Shown here piece by piece: positions 12,009 through 25,152 of a stretch of DNA of 64,000 bases (position 1 is its first letter; every line of letters starts with the position of its first letter). Source of the stretch: Fimicolochytrium jonesii (Eukaryota); contig NW_026515671.1 in NCBI RefSeq assembly GCF_025526975.1, positions 558,001-622,000 of the forward strand, written 5' to 3'. The position numbers and the translations under genes are program-made. The notes below the pieces were generated by a model. That model saw only the letters and a list, made by a program, of their open reading frames with translations, was not told the origin of the DNA and made no database searches.

Positions 12009-15000
12009 TCATTTGAAATCGTTCTTGAGCACCCATATGGCAGGGCCAGGAGTTTCGGGTTGTGTAAGGGTAGCAATGCCTTTCAGCATTTTCTTGAACG
12101 CAATCGCATCGTCGTTTTTAACCTGGTTTTTGAAGTGTCGCAAGATCTCTTGGGTGGTAGCACGGCCCTCACGAGCACCAAGGAACTCCTGAATCTGCAA
12201 TATCATCCCTTGCCGCCCATTCCGGTCGATGGACCCGACATCCACCGGCCCAGTCAAACCATCACTATTGCGTTCGATCGCGCTTCGGTTGCGGAGGTTG
12301 CCCAAGATGGAAGCCGACGACGCCGGTCCGCCAGCATTGCCCCCAACGTTCGGCGACGCTCTTGCACTCCCAGAAACACTATTGAACCCCGAGGCGGACC
12401 CGCTCCCAAACCCGCTCACCGCCGGCCTCGACGACATCCGCGGCGAGGCAAGCGGCGAGCCCCTGGGCGTAATCGACCCAAAGCGTCTTGGCGAATCCAT
12501 CCCCGCTGCGCCGTTCCGCCCCGTGAAGGTAGGCACATGCACACCCTCCCGCTGGCGGATCCGTTTGCGGCTCTGCCGTAACGCCGCGATGGCTTCGTTG
12601 GCTACGCGCGAGGCTTCCTTCTCAATGATAAGTTGCTCGGGGCTGGAGGCGTCCATGATTACGTCATGGTGCAGGGCGGAGTGGACGCCGGATTTGGAGA
12701 AGAGGGATTTGAGGACGCGGTCGTCGTCGTTGGCGGTTGGGATGGCGGCGTCAGTGGAGTTCGATTGCGTGGTTTCGTCGTCGGCTTGGGGTGTGTACTC
12801 GTCGACACGGTCTAGCGTAGCAATGGACTCTAACGCTTCGTCGCCGTCGGCCTTGCGTTTCCCCTTGCCGCGACTTGTCCCTGTACCGTTCTCGGGACTC
12901 GGCACGTCAATTTCAGCGCTAGTCCCATGAAACAGATCCCCCGTCTCCGTGCCATGCTCATCAGCGCCACCCAGCGTGAACAAATCATTCAAATCATTGT
13001 TCTTGAAAAACCGGCGTTGCCGGGGGTCTTTCAAGATCTTGTTGGTCAAGAACTGCTTAAAGATTTGACGATGATAGATCTTCTCCTCGATTGTCCCAGA
13101 GGTCATCAACCGGTATATGGTCACGTCCTTTCTCTGTCCGATCCGCCACGCGCGCTCGCGAGCTTGCACGTCGGTGGAGGGGTTCCAGTCCGGATCGTAA
13201 ATGATGATCCTGTTGGCGCCCGTCAAATTGATCCCAAGCCCACCCACACGGGTTGTCAACAGAAACACAAACACGGATCCGTCGCCATTAAACTCATCTA
13301 CAAGCGCGATCCGGTTCTTGATCGGCGTACTGCCATCCATCCGTCTGTACCGGTACCCTTCCGCTTTCAGGAACTCTTCGAGGATATCCTGCATCTGAAT
13401 CGTCTGGCAGAACAGCAGCGTGCGGTGGCCTTGCGTCTTCCACATCCGGAGAAGCGCTTGCACGACTTTCATCTTGCCTGAGTGTTCCACGGCACCATAG
13501 TCTGCGTCGTTTTGCTTGGTTTCGCGGAGGAGGATGTCTGGATGGTTACATATCTTCCGCATGATGTCAATACCGTAGAGGGATTGCCGCTTCCCAGAAA
13601 GGATGCTCGCCACTTCATCGGACCTCAAAAACCTCTCATATTCCTCACGTTGGTAAGGGGTCAATCTGCAGAATAGGACTTGCTCAGTCTTCTTCGGCAG
13701 ATCGGATGCCACGTCGGCTTTTGTTCGTCGTAACATATATGGGCTGATGAGATCGCGGAGAACACATGCGCACTTGTAGGCGGTCTGAACCTGGATATTG
13801 GTCGCGTTCGAGTAGCCTCCTAGTTGCACGGGGATGGCGAACTGCGCTTGAAATACAGGTAGCGTCCCTAGTCGACCTGGGAACACGAAATCGTATAACG
13901 ACCACAGTTCTGTGAGGTTGTTCTGGATGGGCGTTCCTGTGAGGATGATTCGGTGTGGTGTTCTCAGCTGCTTGCATGCTATCGTGATGTCTGCGTCTGG
14001 GTTTTTGATCTGGTGCCCTTCATCTAATACCGCACAGGCCCATTTGACAGGAAGGAGTTTCTCGGAATACACTCGAATGCCAGCGTAGGTTGTGATCAGT
14101 ATGTGGCCTGCAAGTCCTGATTGTCAGTGGCATTCCTCGCAATCCGTACCAACGGCCCCACAATACCGACCATGTTGAAGCACCCTATCAACTAGAGCCC
14201 CCGCGCGCCCCAACATCTTCTTCGCATTCGCCGACTTCTGCTTCTTCACAGGCGCCAATTTCCGTTTCTTAAACCGTTTCTTCCCATCCGCGCCTCCTCC
14301 GCCCCGTCGATCCTCGTAAATATCGCCATCGCCATCATCAAATAGTTTCTCTTCAGCATCCTTCTCCGGGTCAAAGTCTTCCACGTCGTCATCGAGGCTG
14401 GATGGGACGAGCCCGCTGCCGGAGGAGTGCAAAATGATTGCCCGGAAGGGTGGCCACCATTTGTGCAGTTCTTGTACCCATTGGCGGAGGACGGTCGCGG
14501 GGCATACGATGAGGATGGGCCCGTGTAGAAGGTTGGAGAATTGAAGACCGGCGAGGAAGGCTATGACTTGGATTGTTTTACCCAATCCCTGAAGGGAAGT
14601 GTCCAGTCAAATAAGCGACGGTAGTTGATTATCAAAAGCGAACAAGAACCTCACCATCTCGTCACCAATGATCCCGCCAGTCTCCTGACTGCGAAGCTCC
14701 CACAGCCACTTTACACACGTCCGCTGGTAGTCAAACAAGCACGAATGAATGTCCCCGGGGATCCGGAACCCACCATCGAACTCTGCGTCGTCATCTTGCG
14801 GTGATGGCTGCGTCATCTCGAGATCAGCGTCGGCTTCAAGCTGTTCGGCGGGTATAGCCTCCGCGTAGTGCACCCCACGCTCCCGCTTAGCCCGGTGCCA
14901 CCGTCTCCGAGACGCCCAAGCCGTCAGCCTCTTCTGATACGTCGCCTCATCGCCATCATCCGCGTGGCGGTTATGATGGCTCGCAAAGCTTCGACTAGAG

Positions 15001-15881
15001 GACGAGCCGCCCAAACCCAGATCTTCCTGTTCATCACTGCCCACCTCATCGGAGTTTTCTGGCGGCTCCTCTTCATCCTCATCGTACGCATCTGATCCAG
15101 TCGGTGTAAACTCATCGTCATCATTATCTTCCGTCTTCACCCGCCGTTTTATAGTCGTTCGCGTCCTCGGCGCGGCGTCAACCACCCCCTCCTCGTCAGC
15201 CTCGACCTTCACATCCGCAATCGTAGGCGCCTCAGCCACACCTATCCCACCCGACGGTTCACCCCCCGTCTGCGCCTGCCTAACCCCCCTCACATTATCA
15301 AATGGCGTAATCTTCCCCGTCCTAATCAATTTCTCCCGCTCCGTCTCCTTTCCCAAAATCATGAGCCCGAGCTGCTCCTCCCGCGACTGGCCCGAGCTGA
15401 TACGCTCTAGGATCTCGCGCTCGGTGTCTTCGAGCTCTTCGATGCGGTCACGCACGCGATGGATTTTTGTTTGCACGCCTTTCCGGGTCGTGCCGGCTGG
15501 GGGTAGTTCGTATTCTTCTTCTAGGGCGTTTAGGCGGGTTTGGAGGACACTGTGTCCCCGAATGATGGGTTATCATTTCAGCTCAAGGCGTAGACTTGTG
15601 AATATAGCTTAGTCCAAACCTCAGCTGCTTCTGGACTTTGGCAAGACTCTTCGCGTTGTTTTCGGCATCTTGTCTCCGCATCGACTCGTCCACCTGTCCT
15701 CCTGCCGCGTTAGCAGGCTGCTTTCCTCGACTGATCACACCTGATACCTGAGTCTCACCTCAGCCATAACATCCTCCTCCATTTGAGTCTGGTCCCTGAC
15801 TCCCAGCACAAAGTCGCCCCCGAGTTCGCGGGATATGCCTTGCAGCTCAGGGGCAACCTGCTCATATTGTTCACTACCCAT
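12009..15881 (-). CDS. RAD26: Transcription-coupled repair ATPase Rad26/CSB (ERCC6)
   Basis: [79 protein letters not shown] and a C-terminal winged helix ending WVLKNDFK; 4 introns. Confidence 0.95.
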
Positions 15882-16165
15882 GGTTGATACAGTGCCCGCA
15901 AGTAGAGCGGAAGGGCCCTTCAGCGCTGTTAATACAGTTGAGAAGGCGTTCTGCAAAAGCGAGGGAACTGGGTGCAAACTGTGGCAATTCCCAGGCAGGC
16001 AGTCCCACAGGTCACCCCCGACGCAGCCCCCGACGACGTCTTTTGAGTCTTTTGGCTTGACACGATTTGTCCGCGCGTTTCTCCTTCCCCACAGCCCTCC
16101 TTCTCCTCCTTCCCCACTATCCGAGCTTCTCAACCACGCTCGCTCACCACGCTAGGTTCATTAAT

Positions 16166-17107
16166 ATGACAGAGAAGGCCACTAATGTGGGGTCCGCCGT
16201 CCCTGGCGACGGGCATATCCAATATGCCGTCGAAAAGGTAGCGCTCTGATCTCCCTTCCATCTTCGAGAGCCCAAAACCCTCCACTTCTAAACTTCAGCT
16301 GTCTCCTCCACCCATTTACACCCACACTCCCACGGCACATACCAGTCAGACGTCTCACCACCTTCCGTAACCGCTTCCAACACCACTACCCAGCAACCAT
16401 GCACACCAACCCGCCTCTATATCGGCAACCTCCCACCAACACTCACAGAATACCACCTCCTCAAACTCTTCTCACCGCTCGGAACCCTCACCAAGATCGA
16501 TTTCTTGTGGCATAAGCAGGGGCCGCATAAGGGCGAACCGAGGGGATATTGTTTTATTGAGTACGCGGATAAGGCGGACGCGAAGCGCGCTGTTGAGAAG
16601 ATGCATGGGAAGGTCGTGGCGGGACGGACGTTGGTGGTGAGCTTTTCGGTGGAGTTTGAGGGTGAGCAGGGAGGGGCGGCTGCGGCGGTGGGTGGGTCTG
16701 CGAATAGTGGGCCGAGTGTGGCTACGAGTGTAGCGACGGGCATACCGACGGCGTCACGGCGCGGGAAGGGACGGGGCAGAGGCAGGACGGATCCTAGGTA
16801 TCGGGAGCCGCCGCGGGAACCGGTGAATCAGAAGCTGCAGGCGAAGGTGGTACATGTGAGGTATGTTACGACTTTGTATGTTTTGGGGGTGGTCGCGGCG
16901 GGGAAATTACGGCTGTTGACATGCGTCGCCCCCTGCAGCACGGACAGCAAGATCTCTGCGATAGAACGCAAAATGCAGCAACTGCAGCAGGCTAAGGATA
17001 AGGGTGGGGAGGAGTGTGGGAGTGCTGGGAGTAGTACGCGTTCTTCGCCGTGGCAACATCGAGATCGGAGGACCGACCATTCGCGGAGTCATCCGTATAG
17101 ACGGTAG
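16166..17107 (+). CDS. RBM18: RBM18-like single-RRM protein
   Basis: RLYIGNLPPTLTEYHLLKLF...IDFLWHKQGPHKGEPRGYCFIEY and C-terminal STDSKISAIERKM...HPYRR; introns from 16238 and at 16861-16938. Confidence 0.8.
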
Positions 17108-17366
17108 CTGATGAGAGCTGATGGCAATGGGACGGCTTGAGGCGCCGGCAACGAATGGCAATTACCTGGGATGAACAGGTGCCTTCGATTCGGTTGCTCA
17201 CTTTGATACTCATATGATATCCCAAAATCCGGGTTCATTGGAAGAGTTGCATACACAAGTACGCTGATAAATACGTTCATAATGATATAGTGGTTTGCAG
17301 CCTCACTGACTGACTTGCTGATGTAGCCGACATCTCGATTGTTTGCACACCTGCCTATGATCCGCC

Positions 17367-17966
17367 CTACTGTAAAACCCTGGTAGCCCCCTCAAGCAAC
17401 TTCTTCCCCACACCCCTCCACAACCTCTTCTGCCCCTCCTGCGCGCGCTGGAGCTTAAACGCCAGCACAATCGAGTACTGCAACACCACCTTCCTCAGCT
17501 TCCTTATCCACAGAAACATCAACAGATTTGTTCCTGTGCTGATCAAAAAGTGCTGTGCACGTTTAAGGGCAGCTGAGCGGGCGGCGTATGCTACGCGATG
17601 CGGGAGGGAGTGGATGAAGCGGGAGATGTAGGCTGATAGGGCTGTAGAGCGGGGTGATTTTGGGGTGTTCGGGTTTGTTGGTGATGGCGGTGGGTGGATC
17701 GAAGGTGTGGAAAGATATGGGGTGACGAGAGGCGTTGTCGAGGAGAAGGCGGGTGATATTGTAGGGTCGGAAGGGTTGGGTGGAGGTAGCCTCCGTTCTA
17801 TGTCGTCTAGTCGGAGTGAGAGTTGAAGCAGAGCGGCTGCAAGATCGGACAGTTGTTGCGGTGAGGTGGTGGTGATTCCGGGTGGTGCCGACGAGCCTGT
17901 GACTACGCTGGAGACTGGCTTCATTTCCAGCCCGGAGTTGGCGGGCGGTGCAGGTGAAGAAGACAT
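17367..17966 (-). CDS. Hypothetical protein (about 199 aa; short coiled coil, Pro-rich linker, basic/hydrophobic C-terminus)
   Basis: Single open frame from ATG 17966 (MSSSPAPPANS...) filling the space between RBM18 and MET2; no family recognised. Confidence 0.55.
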   Translation of the reverse strand: MSSSPAPPANSGLEMKPVSSVVTGSSAPPGITTTSPQQLSDLAAALLQLSLRLDDIERRLPPPNPSDPTISPAFSSTTPLVTPYLSTPSIHPPPSPTNPNTPKSPRSTALSAYISRFIHSLPHRVAYAARSAALKRAQHFLISTGTNLLMFLWIRKLRKVVLQYSIVLAFKLQRAQEGQKRLWRGVGKKLLEGATRVLQ

Positions 17967-18360
17967 GTTAAACGGAGCAGCGACTATACCTGCCTGTCGA
18001 ATGTGGGCCGTTTGCCAAATTGGAAGCAGGTTGTTGAGAAACAAGCCCTGTTTGTCTTCCCTGCTTGGAACTGGACTATTGGAAGCCAAACGCGTGCACG
18101 AGCCGGCCGCGCGATAAGTCATCTCCCTCGTCAAATAATTCCACGTCGGTTGCGCAATCCTCCTGCGTCCAAACTGCCTGCCTGTGTTCCTTCGGCGTCG
18201 ACCTCGGAGTCTCAACTTCACAATAAAACGGCAAACAAATGCTACCCATTCTCAGGCTTCTCCCAACAAGTCGCTGCAGTCCTGTCTCTCAAGAGCTTCC
18301 AGAGTCAGAGCATATTCCCTCAGAGAACCCATTCCCATAGTCTAACTCAGCTAGCCTAGC

Positions 18361-20293
18361 ATGACAAGTAGGTCCGCCGTCTACGCGTTTCCCAGTGACG
18401 TTTATCCTCACCACCCCTCCCTCCTCCTTTTACAGAACCACTGCACGGCCTGATACCTGACCAGACAATAGAACATATCGATAGCTTCACCCTAGAGTCA
18501 GGGACAGTCCTCGAGAATGTCCCCGTGGCTTTCAAGACGTGGGGGACGCTGAACGAGGACGGGTCGAATGTTATGGTTATTTGTCACGCCCTGTCTGGGT
18601 CTGCTGACGTTGAGGACTGGTGGGTTCCCGCAGGGGTGGAGATTGGGATGGAGACGAAGCGGTGGGGCCGAGTGCGACTCACATACAGGTGGAAGCGCCG
18701 AAGGCGGGGTTTATGCGAGCGCTGGCGAGCAGGAGTTCCTTGCGCTAAAGGCGCCATACTCCTAATCACGGCTCTTAGCGAGCCTCAGCGAGCGTTGCAT
18801 CCTCTACGGGCGAAGCGAGCTACGCTCCGCCCACCGCGTTCCAACCTCCTCGTCGGAAGGGAGCGAGCAGGAATACTTTCATCCGACATCCAAACATCCG
18901 AGATTTGACTGACACGAACCTCCTCTTTATGTCAGGTGGGGACCACTGCTCGGTCCGGGACGAGCATTCGACCCCGACGTCTTCTTCATATTCTGCGGCA
19001 ACGTCCTTGGTTCGCCCTACGGAACCGCATCCCCACTGACTACAGACCCAAAAACCGGCAAGCCATACGGCCCAACATTCCCAATCACAAGCGTGCGAGA
19101 TGACGTCCGGCTGCATAACGAGATCCTGACACGGCTCGGTGTCAAGGTCATCCAGGCGGTGATTGGCGGGTCTATGGGCGGGATGCAGGTGCTGGAGTGG
19201 TCGTTTTTTGGGAGTGACTATGTGAAGAGTATCGTGCCGCTTGCGACGTCGGGAAGGCATTCCGCTTGGTGCATCGCTTGGGGTGAATCGCAGCGGCAGA
19301 CGATTTATAGCGATCCCAACTATGGTACGGAATGTTGTACGAACTGGAAGTTTTTTGGTTCTGACTACTGACATGTGTCCCTCCTCTCGTCGTATCAGGC
19401 AATGGATACTACTCAGCCGACAGCGTAAGTCACACTTTTCCCACGTAATAATAGTCCCTGCGCATTTCTCACACCCTCCTCCCTCATAAGGCTCCAACAA
19501 ACGGCCTGGCAGCCGCCCGCATGCAAGCCCTCCTCACCTACCGCTCCCGCAACTCCTTCGAATCCCGCTTCGGCCGCAAAGTCATGCCAGGCGCCAACCC
19601 ATCCTCCTCCCCACAACCCGCCCCAACAGCAACAGCCTACCACAACGAAGGCAACAAATCCAACCCACACTCCCCTAACGGGAAGAAATCGTCCTCGGCA
19701 GAAGCCATCGCATCGGATACGACCGAAACCGAACGCACAAGCGACACGACGTCCCCACCTAAAGTCTTCTCCGCACAAAGCTACCTCCGCTACCAGGGCG
19801 ATAAGTTCATCAAACGGTTCGACGCGAACTGTTATATCTCCATCACGAGGAAGATGGACACGCATGATGTGTCCAGAGGCCGTGGGGAGTATTTTGATGT
19901 GTTGGCGAGGGTTGAGCAGCCTACGTTGGTCATAGGTATGCGCGAAACTACCCGGTGCGCCCACATGGCGTTGCTGTGTGGTATCTCACCAGCACTGTTA
20001 CATTTGTTTTAGGAATTGAAACCGACGGCCTCTTCACCATCGGCGAACAACGCGAGCTCGCCGAATCCATTCCGAACGCCACGCTGGCCGTCATCGCCTC
20101 GCCGGAGGGACACGATGGCTTTCTTTTGGAATTCGAACAGATTAATCGGCTGATATCCGATTTCATTAGGGTGAATGTCGCGCATCTGTTCGAGGGTGCT
20201 GGGGAGGGGAAGGTGAAGGTCGGTGGTAAGGACGCGTTTGTGGCGGCTAAGCCGAGTGTGTTTGGGGAGGCGGAGGACGCTCTTTTATGGTAG
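18361..20293 (+). CDS. MET2: Homoserine O-acetyltransferase
   Basis: LIPDQ...[23 protein letters not shown], nucleophile motif [35 protein letters not shown]; introns include 18368-18435 and 18620-18935. Confidence 0.95.
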
Positions 20294-20606
20294 CCTCTTT
20301 TGGGGAGGTGGGGACGGGTAGACTAGGTAGAGGGGACTCTGTGATGCGGAACCACAGGATCACTATCACTTTTTTCCCCATGGCTCTCATGTACAGTATG
20401 TGGGAAACGGTGTACGGACTTCCATTCAATACCAGCGAGAGGTGCATCATCTCTGTTCGCTTATGGCATATGCTGACCGTCGTCGACCACTTTGTTCCAT
20501 CACCTAAGGGCACCTTCAAATCAAACAGCGAACATAGTATTCGCACCAAATCCCCTTCTTCTCTGCATATTGTACATGTACATCCTTCCATCTGCCCCGC
20601 CCAGAC

Positions 20607-21367
20607 TCAAACAGACCCCATCCCCAAAGCATGCTCCATCGCCACATGAGGGTCCATCAACGCAGTCGGCATCGACGGGTCTACCGAGAACGAAGGAACC
20701 AAAATAAGCAAGAAAGCACTCTCAAGATTTTTCCTGGGAATCTCATAAAAAGACGTACCACCCAAGAAATCCTCATAATCGATAGTCGAGTCCCGACCTT
20801 CTAGGATGTCCAGACCGAGGTTGCGCGTGGGGAGGACTGGTATCCTTCGGATCTATGAGCGCGAACGAGCGGGGTGAATATGCGCGCTGGGTGGTAGACG
20901 TAGACGTAAAGGAGAGATGGGTCCATACCTGGCTGACAATAGCCTTCTCCATCTGCAAACGCAGCGGGGCGTGCAGACCGAAGGTTTGGCGGTGTGTTGT
21001 CATTTGGAGCTGGTCGTGGGTTTCCTTCCACTGCGGAAAACCCAAAAACGGCATCGTGTCAGATCGCACCCAACCCACCCACCAGAATTCACATACCCAA
21101 CATCCCCTCCCAACATACATTCTTAGCAATATTCTCCAACGGATGCTGCGGCACAATCTCGCTGCGCACGCTGCGGAACCCCTGTCGGAACGTGTCGTGT
21201 ACGCCGTACTCTGTGTCGCGGCCGACGGCTGCGATGGTTGTGGATGTCGGTTTGGTGGTGGGAATTAGGCGAAGGGACTGTGAATGTTGGAGGGAGTGGG
21301 TGCATTGAGCTTCATTACTTGCGCTATAGGATAACTATGAGAGAGTTGGAAAGGAAATACATACCAT
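20607..21367 (-). CDS. UMP1: Proteasome maturation factor Ump1/POMP
   Basis: ATG-only first coding exon, then SLRLIP...GVHDTFRQG...HPLE, FGLHAPLRLQMEK, LGLDILEGRDSTIDYEDFL, DPHVAMEHALG. Confidence 0.92.
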
Positions 21368-21750
21368 GATACTTGTGGGTTTCGGGTGAAAGGACGGGGC
21401 GTGATGGTTTCGGCGAAGGCTCAAGTGCTGGGCTTTGAACGAGGATCGCTCTCTTTTCGTGAGAGCTCGAACAAAGGGAGGCGAGGAACGAGTGACCGGG
21501 GATGTCGAGCAAAGCTGTGGGTACTGATGCTCTTGGGTCCTACGACTGGGACCTTGCAGTTGTTTCTTGGGAATGCAATGCGAAAGGGAACGAGCCGGGA
21601 GAGACTCTCTGTCTTCTGGGTGACGCGCGTCAATCAACGAGCAACCCTAACCCTTACTTCGACCCTTTCAACCGCCTCGTCTGCCGTTGGCCTCAGTGCC
21701 TGCCGTTGAACGGGGGTTCCCAGAATCAGCACCGAACAGACCGAACAAAC

Positions 21751-24349
21751 ATGTCGGAACCCATGGACATAGACGGCGGTTTGCCCGCAGAGGCAAAGCC
21801 TGTTACTGGCCTTCATCTCAATGGTAGGTTTCCTTGTCCCTTTCGTTGTTGAGGGCCGTCTTAGTGGCTGCACGTATACTCAACTGCCACCTATGCCAAC
21901 GACAGTGCTTTCCGAAACCCATGAGACGAGAAACATGCACGGTCTGCGGCACCAGGACTACCAACGCTATAGGTATTGTCAAGTCGGGTAGCTGGAATGA
22001 ACGAGGTCAGCCCCTCTGAGACGATTCGGTTGCAGACAATTCTGCGCCAGGAAGATCGCCCGACTGCGAAAAGTTGGTGGCCTCACCCAATCCACACCCA
22101 AAAAGAAATACGTCCGCAAGCCGGTCACTGCGGAGCTCGTAACAGGCGAGAAGTGAGTTGGGGTACCAGATTCGCGCATCACGCTGGGAAAGTGACGCTC
22201 ACACCCGGAAAAGATCATTACAGATTCTCCTCTTCGAGGCCGAGCGAGCATGGGCGTACGCCATGGAGATCAAACAGGAAGTGCGGGACGAGCCGCGGAA
22301 GAAGTTTCACATGATCAAGCGGTTGAAGCGGGGAGTGGAGGCGGCGAAGAGCTTGCAGCAGCTTTGCGAGACTTGTGCGGATGAGAGGACTGTGTTGGAT
22401 GTTAAGGTCGGCAGTTACTCTCTGTGATTGGTGGGAATGGGCAGCGGCTCAATGGGAAACACATCTTTGCAGGCGTACGCTGCACTTCTCTCGGCATACC
22501 TCGCTTTCGAACAACAACATTGGGAGGATGCCCTCAACAAGTTTGCAGTTGGAAGGTGTGTTGTCATTGTCTCGCATCGCGCACGGATGTTGAAACTTAC
22601 CCGCTTTACCCTCACTTTTAGAACGATATACGCGGGACTATCCAACACTGGGAATTCCCACCAGGCCACTTTAGCCCAATCAGCGATAGACGGGATAGAT
22701 CCCAGCATAAAATTCTGTGCGTACAGCTTGAGGATATCAGGAGCTCAGACGGTGGAGATCGAGAAGCTGTTGGAGGCTCAGGATAAGAAGGCTAGCTTGG
22801 GACTCGATGCGTTGACCGCACATGTCAAGGTATGTTCCACCTTTCGAAAACATTGAGGTTCGCTTATGCTGACTGTGGTTTTCCCTTCAACCAGAACACA
22901 CTCGCCGAATTCCGTCAAGAACCGGTCGAAGATGGAGCGTTCAAATGGCGCGGCGCGTCGGTTGCGTTTAAGAACGAGAAGATCAGGCAGGGAATGGATG
23001 AGGCAAAGAGAATTTCCGAAACACGCCCTTACACCTTTATTGGACCGTCGGCGCCTGAGGGAGTCGAGGCTTTGCCGGGAGTTGCTGATGGCTACGACAT
23101 GTTGCTCGCCAAGTGGACGGAAGTGGTGGCGTTGGCCAAGTCGGATGTTCGGGAGGACGAGGTAAGGGCTTTGCTTTCCAAGTCGGCCGTCCCATGAGGT
23201 CGAGAAATTGACTATTTTACAGATTGCAGTCAGCAAAGTCAAATCATCGAAAAGTGACCAGACAACAGCAGCACTGCGATGGGTCTTGGTCTACGCCACA
23301 TTCCATCGCCTGCTCACTTTATTGACGCGGACAAATCTGAAGGTGGAGCTGACAAAACAGCAAATCAAAACCCAAGCCCGGGGCACACCCAGGAAGAAGG
23401 CAGCTAAACCGGAAGATGTGCTACGACTTTATGATGCCGTATTGCAGGTGTGTACTTCCGTTCTTTTTGTGCTGAATGGGGTACGGGTGGTGAAGCTGAT
23501 TTGGTTGTCAGGCTGCAAACGACTTCTTGAAGTACCCAGAAGTGGAAGCGGACGCTGGGCTACACAGCCTGGTGCAATCGGCTGTTTATGTCATCAAGGC
23601 GGAGAGGTAAGCGTGGCGTCTATCCCTACCTGCTTTCGATCGATGTTACCTAAAATCCCGATGTTCTATGCAGAGCTGCATACCTCGCAGAAACGCTCAG
23701 TCGACAAGGCAAGCGCGACGAAGCGACGACGCTCCTCGAGCGCGCCTCCGAACACGCAACGCAAGGCCGAGCGCTGATCGAGAGCAGCGCTCGTCGTCAG
23801 TCATCCGTCGCGGGTGAGGATGACGAGGACGACAGCGCCGTCATTCTGGAGCTCCGGAAAGCGGTCGTTGCTATCGATGGCGCTGTCCGTGCTGCAACGG
23901 TGCGGGCTCGTGCACAGTCCTACTTGCAGAACAAGGAGGATGTGGATACGGTTGCGGACGGCGTTGCAGATATGTCGATCCAGAACGGCAGCCAGGCCAA
24001 AGCGCCTCGCCAGGTATTTACCCACATTCTACCTTGCACTTGCCCCATATTCTCACGCGCTCCGTCTCTTTCCGCACAGCCCCTCATCTCCAATCTCGAC
24101 ACCTACATCCCCACCTTCGACCGCACCAACCCGAACCTTGTCTCATTCCCGCCCCAACTTGCCCCCGTCCCTTACAAACCCCTCTTCTTCGACATGGCCT
24201 ACAACGGCATCGATTTCCCCACCCGCAACCTGGCGCGTCGCGCCGAAGGTGCGGAACGCGTCCCTAGGGCGCAGGATGTCGTGGAGGAGACGAAGGAAAC
24301 GAGTGGTGGGCTTTTGGGTGTCCTTGGGGGGTTGTGGGGCCGGAAGTAG
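21751..24349 (+). CDS. SRP68: Signal recognition particle subunit SRP68
   Basis: NMHGLRHQDYQRYR, LFEAERAWAYAMEIK, IDPSIKFCAY and C-terminal FPPQLAPVPYKPLFFDMAYNGIDFP...GGLLGVLGGLWGRK. Confidence 0.93.
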
Positions 24350-25152
24350 GGGTGTAGGATAGCTGTGGTTTGTTGGATATATATGAATAGATGTATATTT
24401 GGAGTAGAGGAAACCAGTCCGGCAATTCGCCAACAACAACAGTCGCCGGCCTATCCACTCGCCGGCCCGTCCCGTCTCCCACCAGTGGAAGGCGGCATCC
24501 CTCATAGCTCAACTCTGCCATATCATGCAGGCAACAAGCCAAAATATTCAAAAAGAAAAAATCGGAGAATGGAAACCAACTTGCGCAACATCGAGGGAGA
24601 CTGAGGATATCCTTCTGCGACGTTTCTATCTTTTCTTTCCTCACATTTCACTCGACTCCCAATGGCTTTGATCGTCAATCCTATCAAGCCTCTCAGGCCC
24701 TTCTGGACAAGATGTGACTTGTATTGACCCGTTTGCCCTGACAAGAAACCTGGTACTGTCAAAAATCTGTCAATTGTATGCCTATGTACGCGGATGCGTT
24801 TCTGATGACACGATGACAATCAAGAATGATTGTATGTGTTCTGTTCAGATTGATATCTAAACGCGACTGCATTGCAATTGGATAATATCAACTGGAATTT
24901 TGAACCTCGCCGGGTCACTATGGGCTTGCTCATGGCCCTGGCACTGGTGTTCCCGGTATTGCACTACCTCCGGGTGACGCCGAAGCTCTTTTGAGCACCA
25001 CAAAACAAAGGAAGAAATATAAAATGTGTGTTGAGGTGTTGGGGTTGGTGGGTGGTGAGCCGATGGGAGGGGGTGTGAGGAGGACGCGGAGGAGGAGAGA
25101 TGTGCTGTGAATGGTGTGCCGTTTGACGATTGCGTCGATAACCAAGAACACA

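Noticed and set aside
12060..13481. Long plus-strand ORFs (173, 233 and 184 aa) over RAD26
   Set aside because: Antisense shadows of a GC-rich coding exon, with no recognisable motifs.
18239..18340. 33-codon ORF upstream of MET2 ending ...ENPFP*, reminiscent of fungal Met2 N-termini
   Set aside because: No splice path joins it in frame to MET2, ATG 18361 gives a clean model, and it may lie outside the transcript.
18620..18935. Idea that the MET2 intron encodes SRP RNA, RNase P/MRP or a known SAM/TPP riboswitch class
   Set aside because: The conserved signatures of those RNAs could not be found by eye on either strand; kept only as an unclassified structured element.
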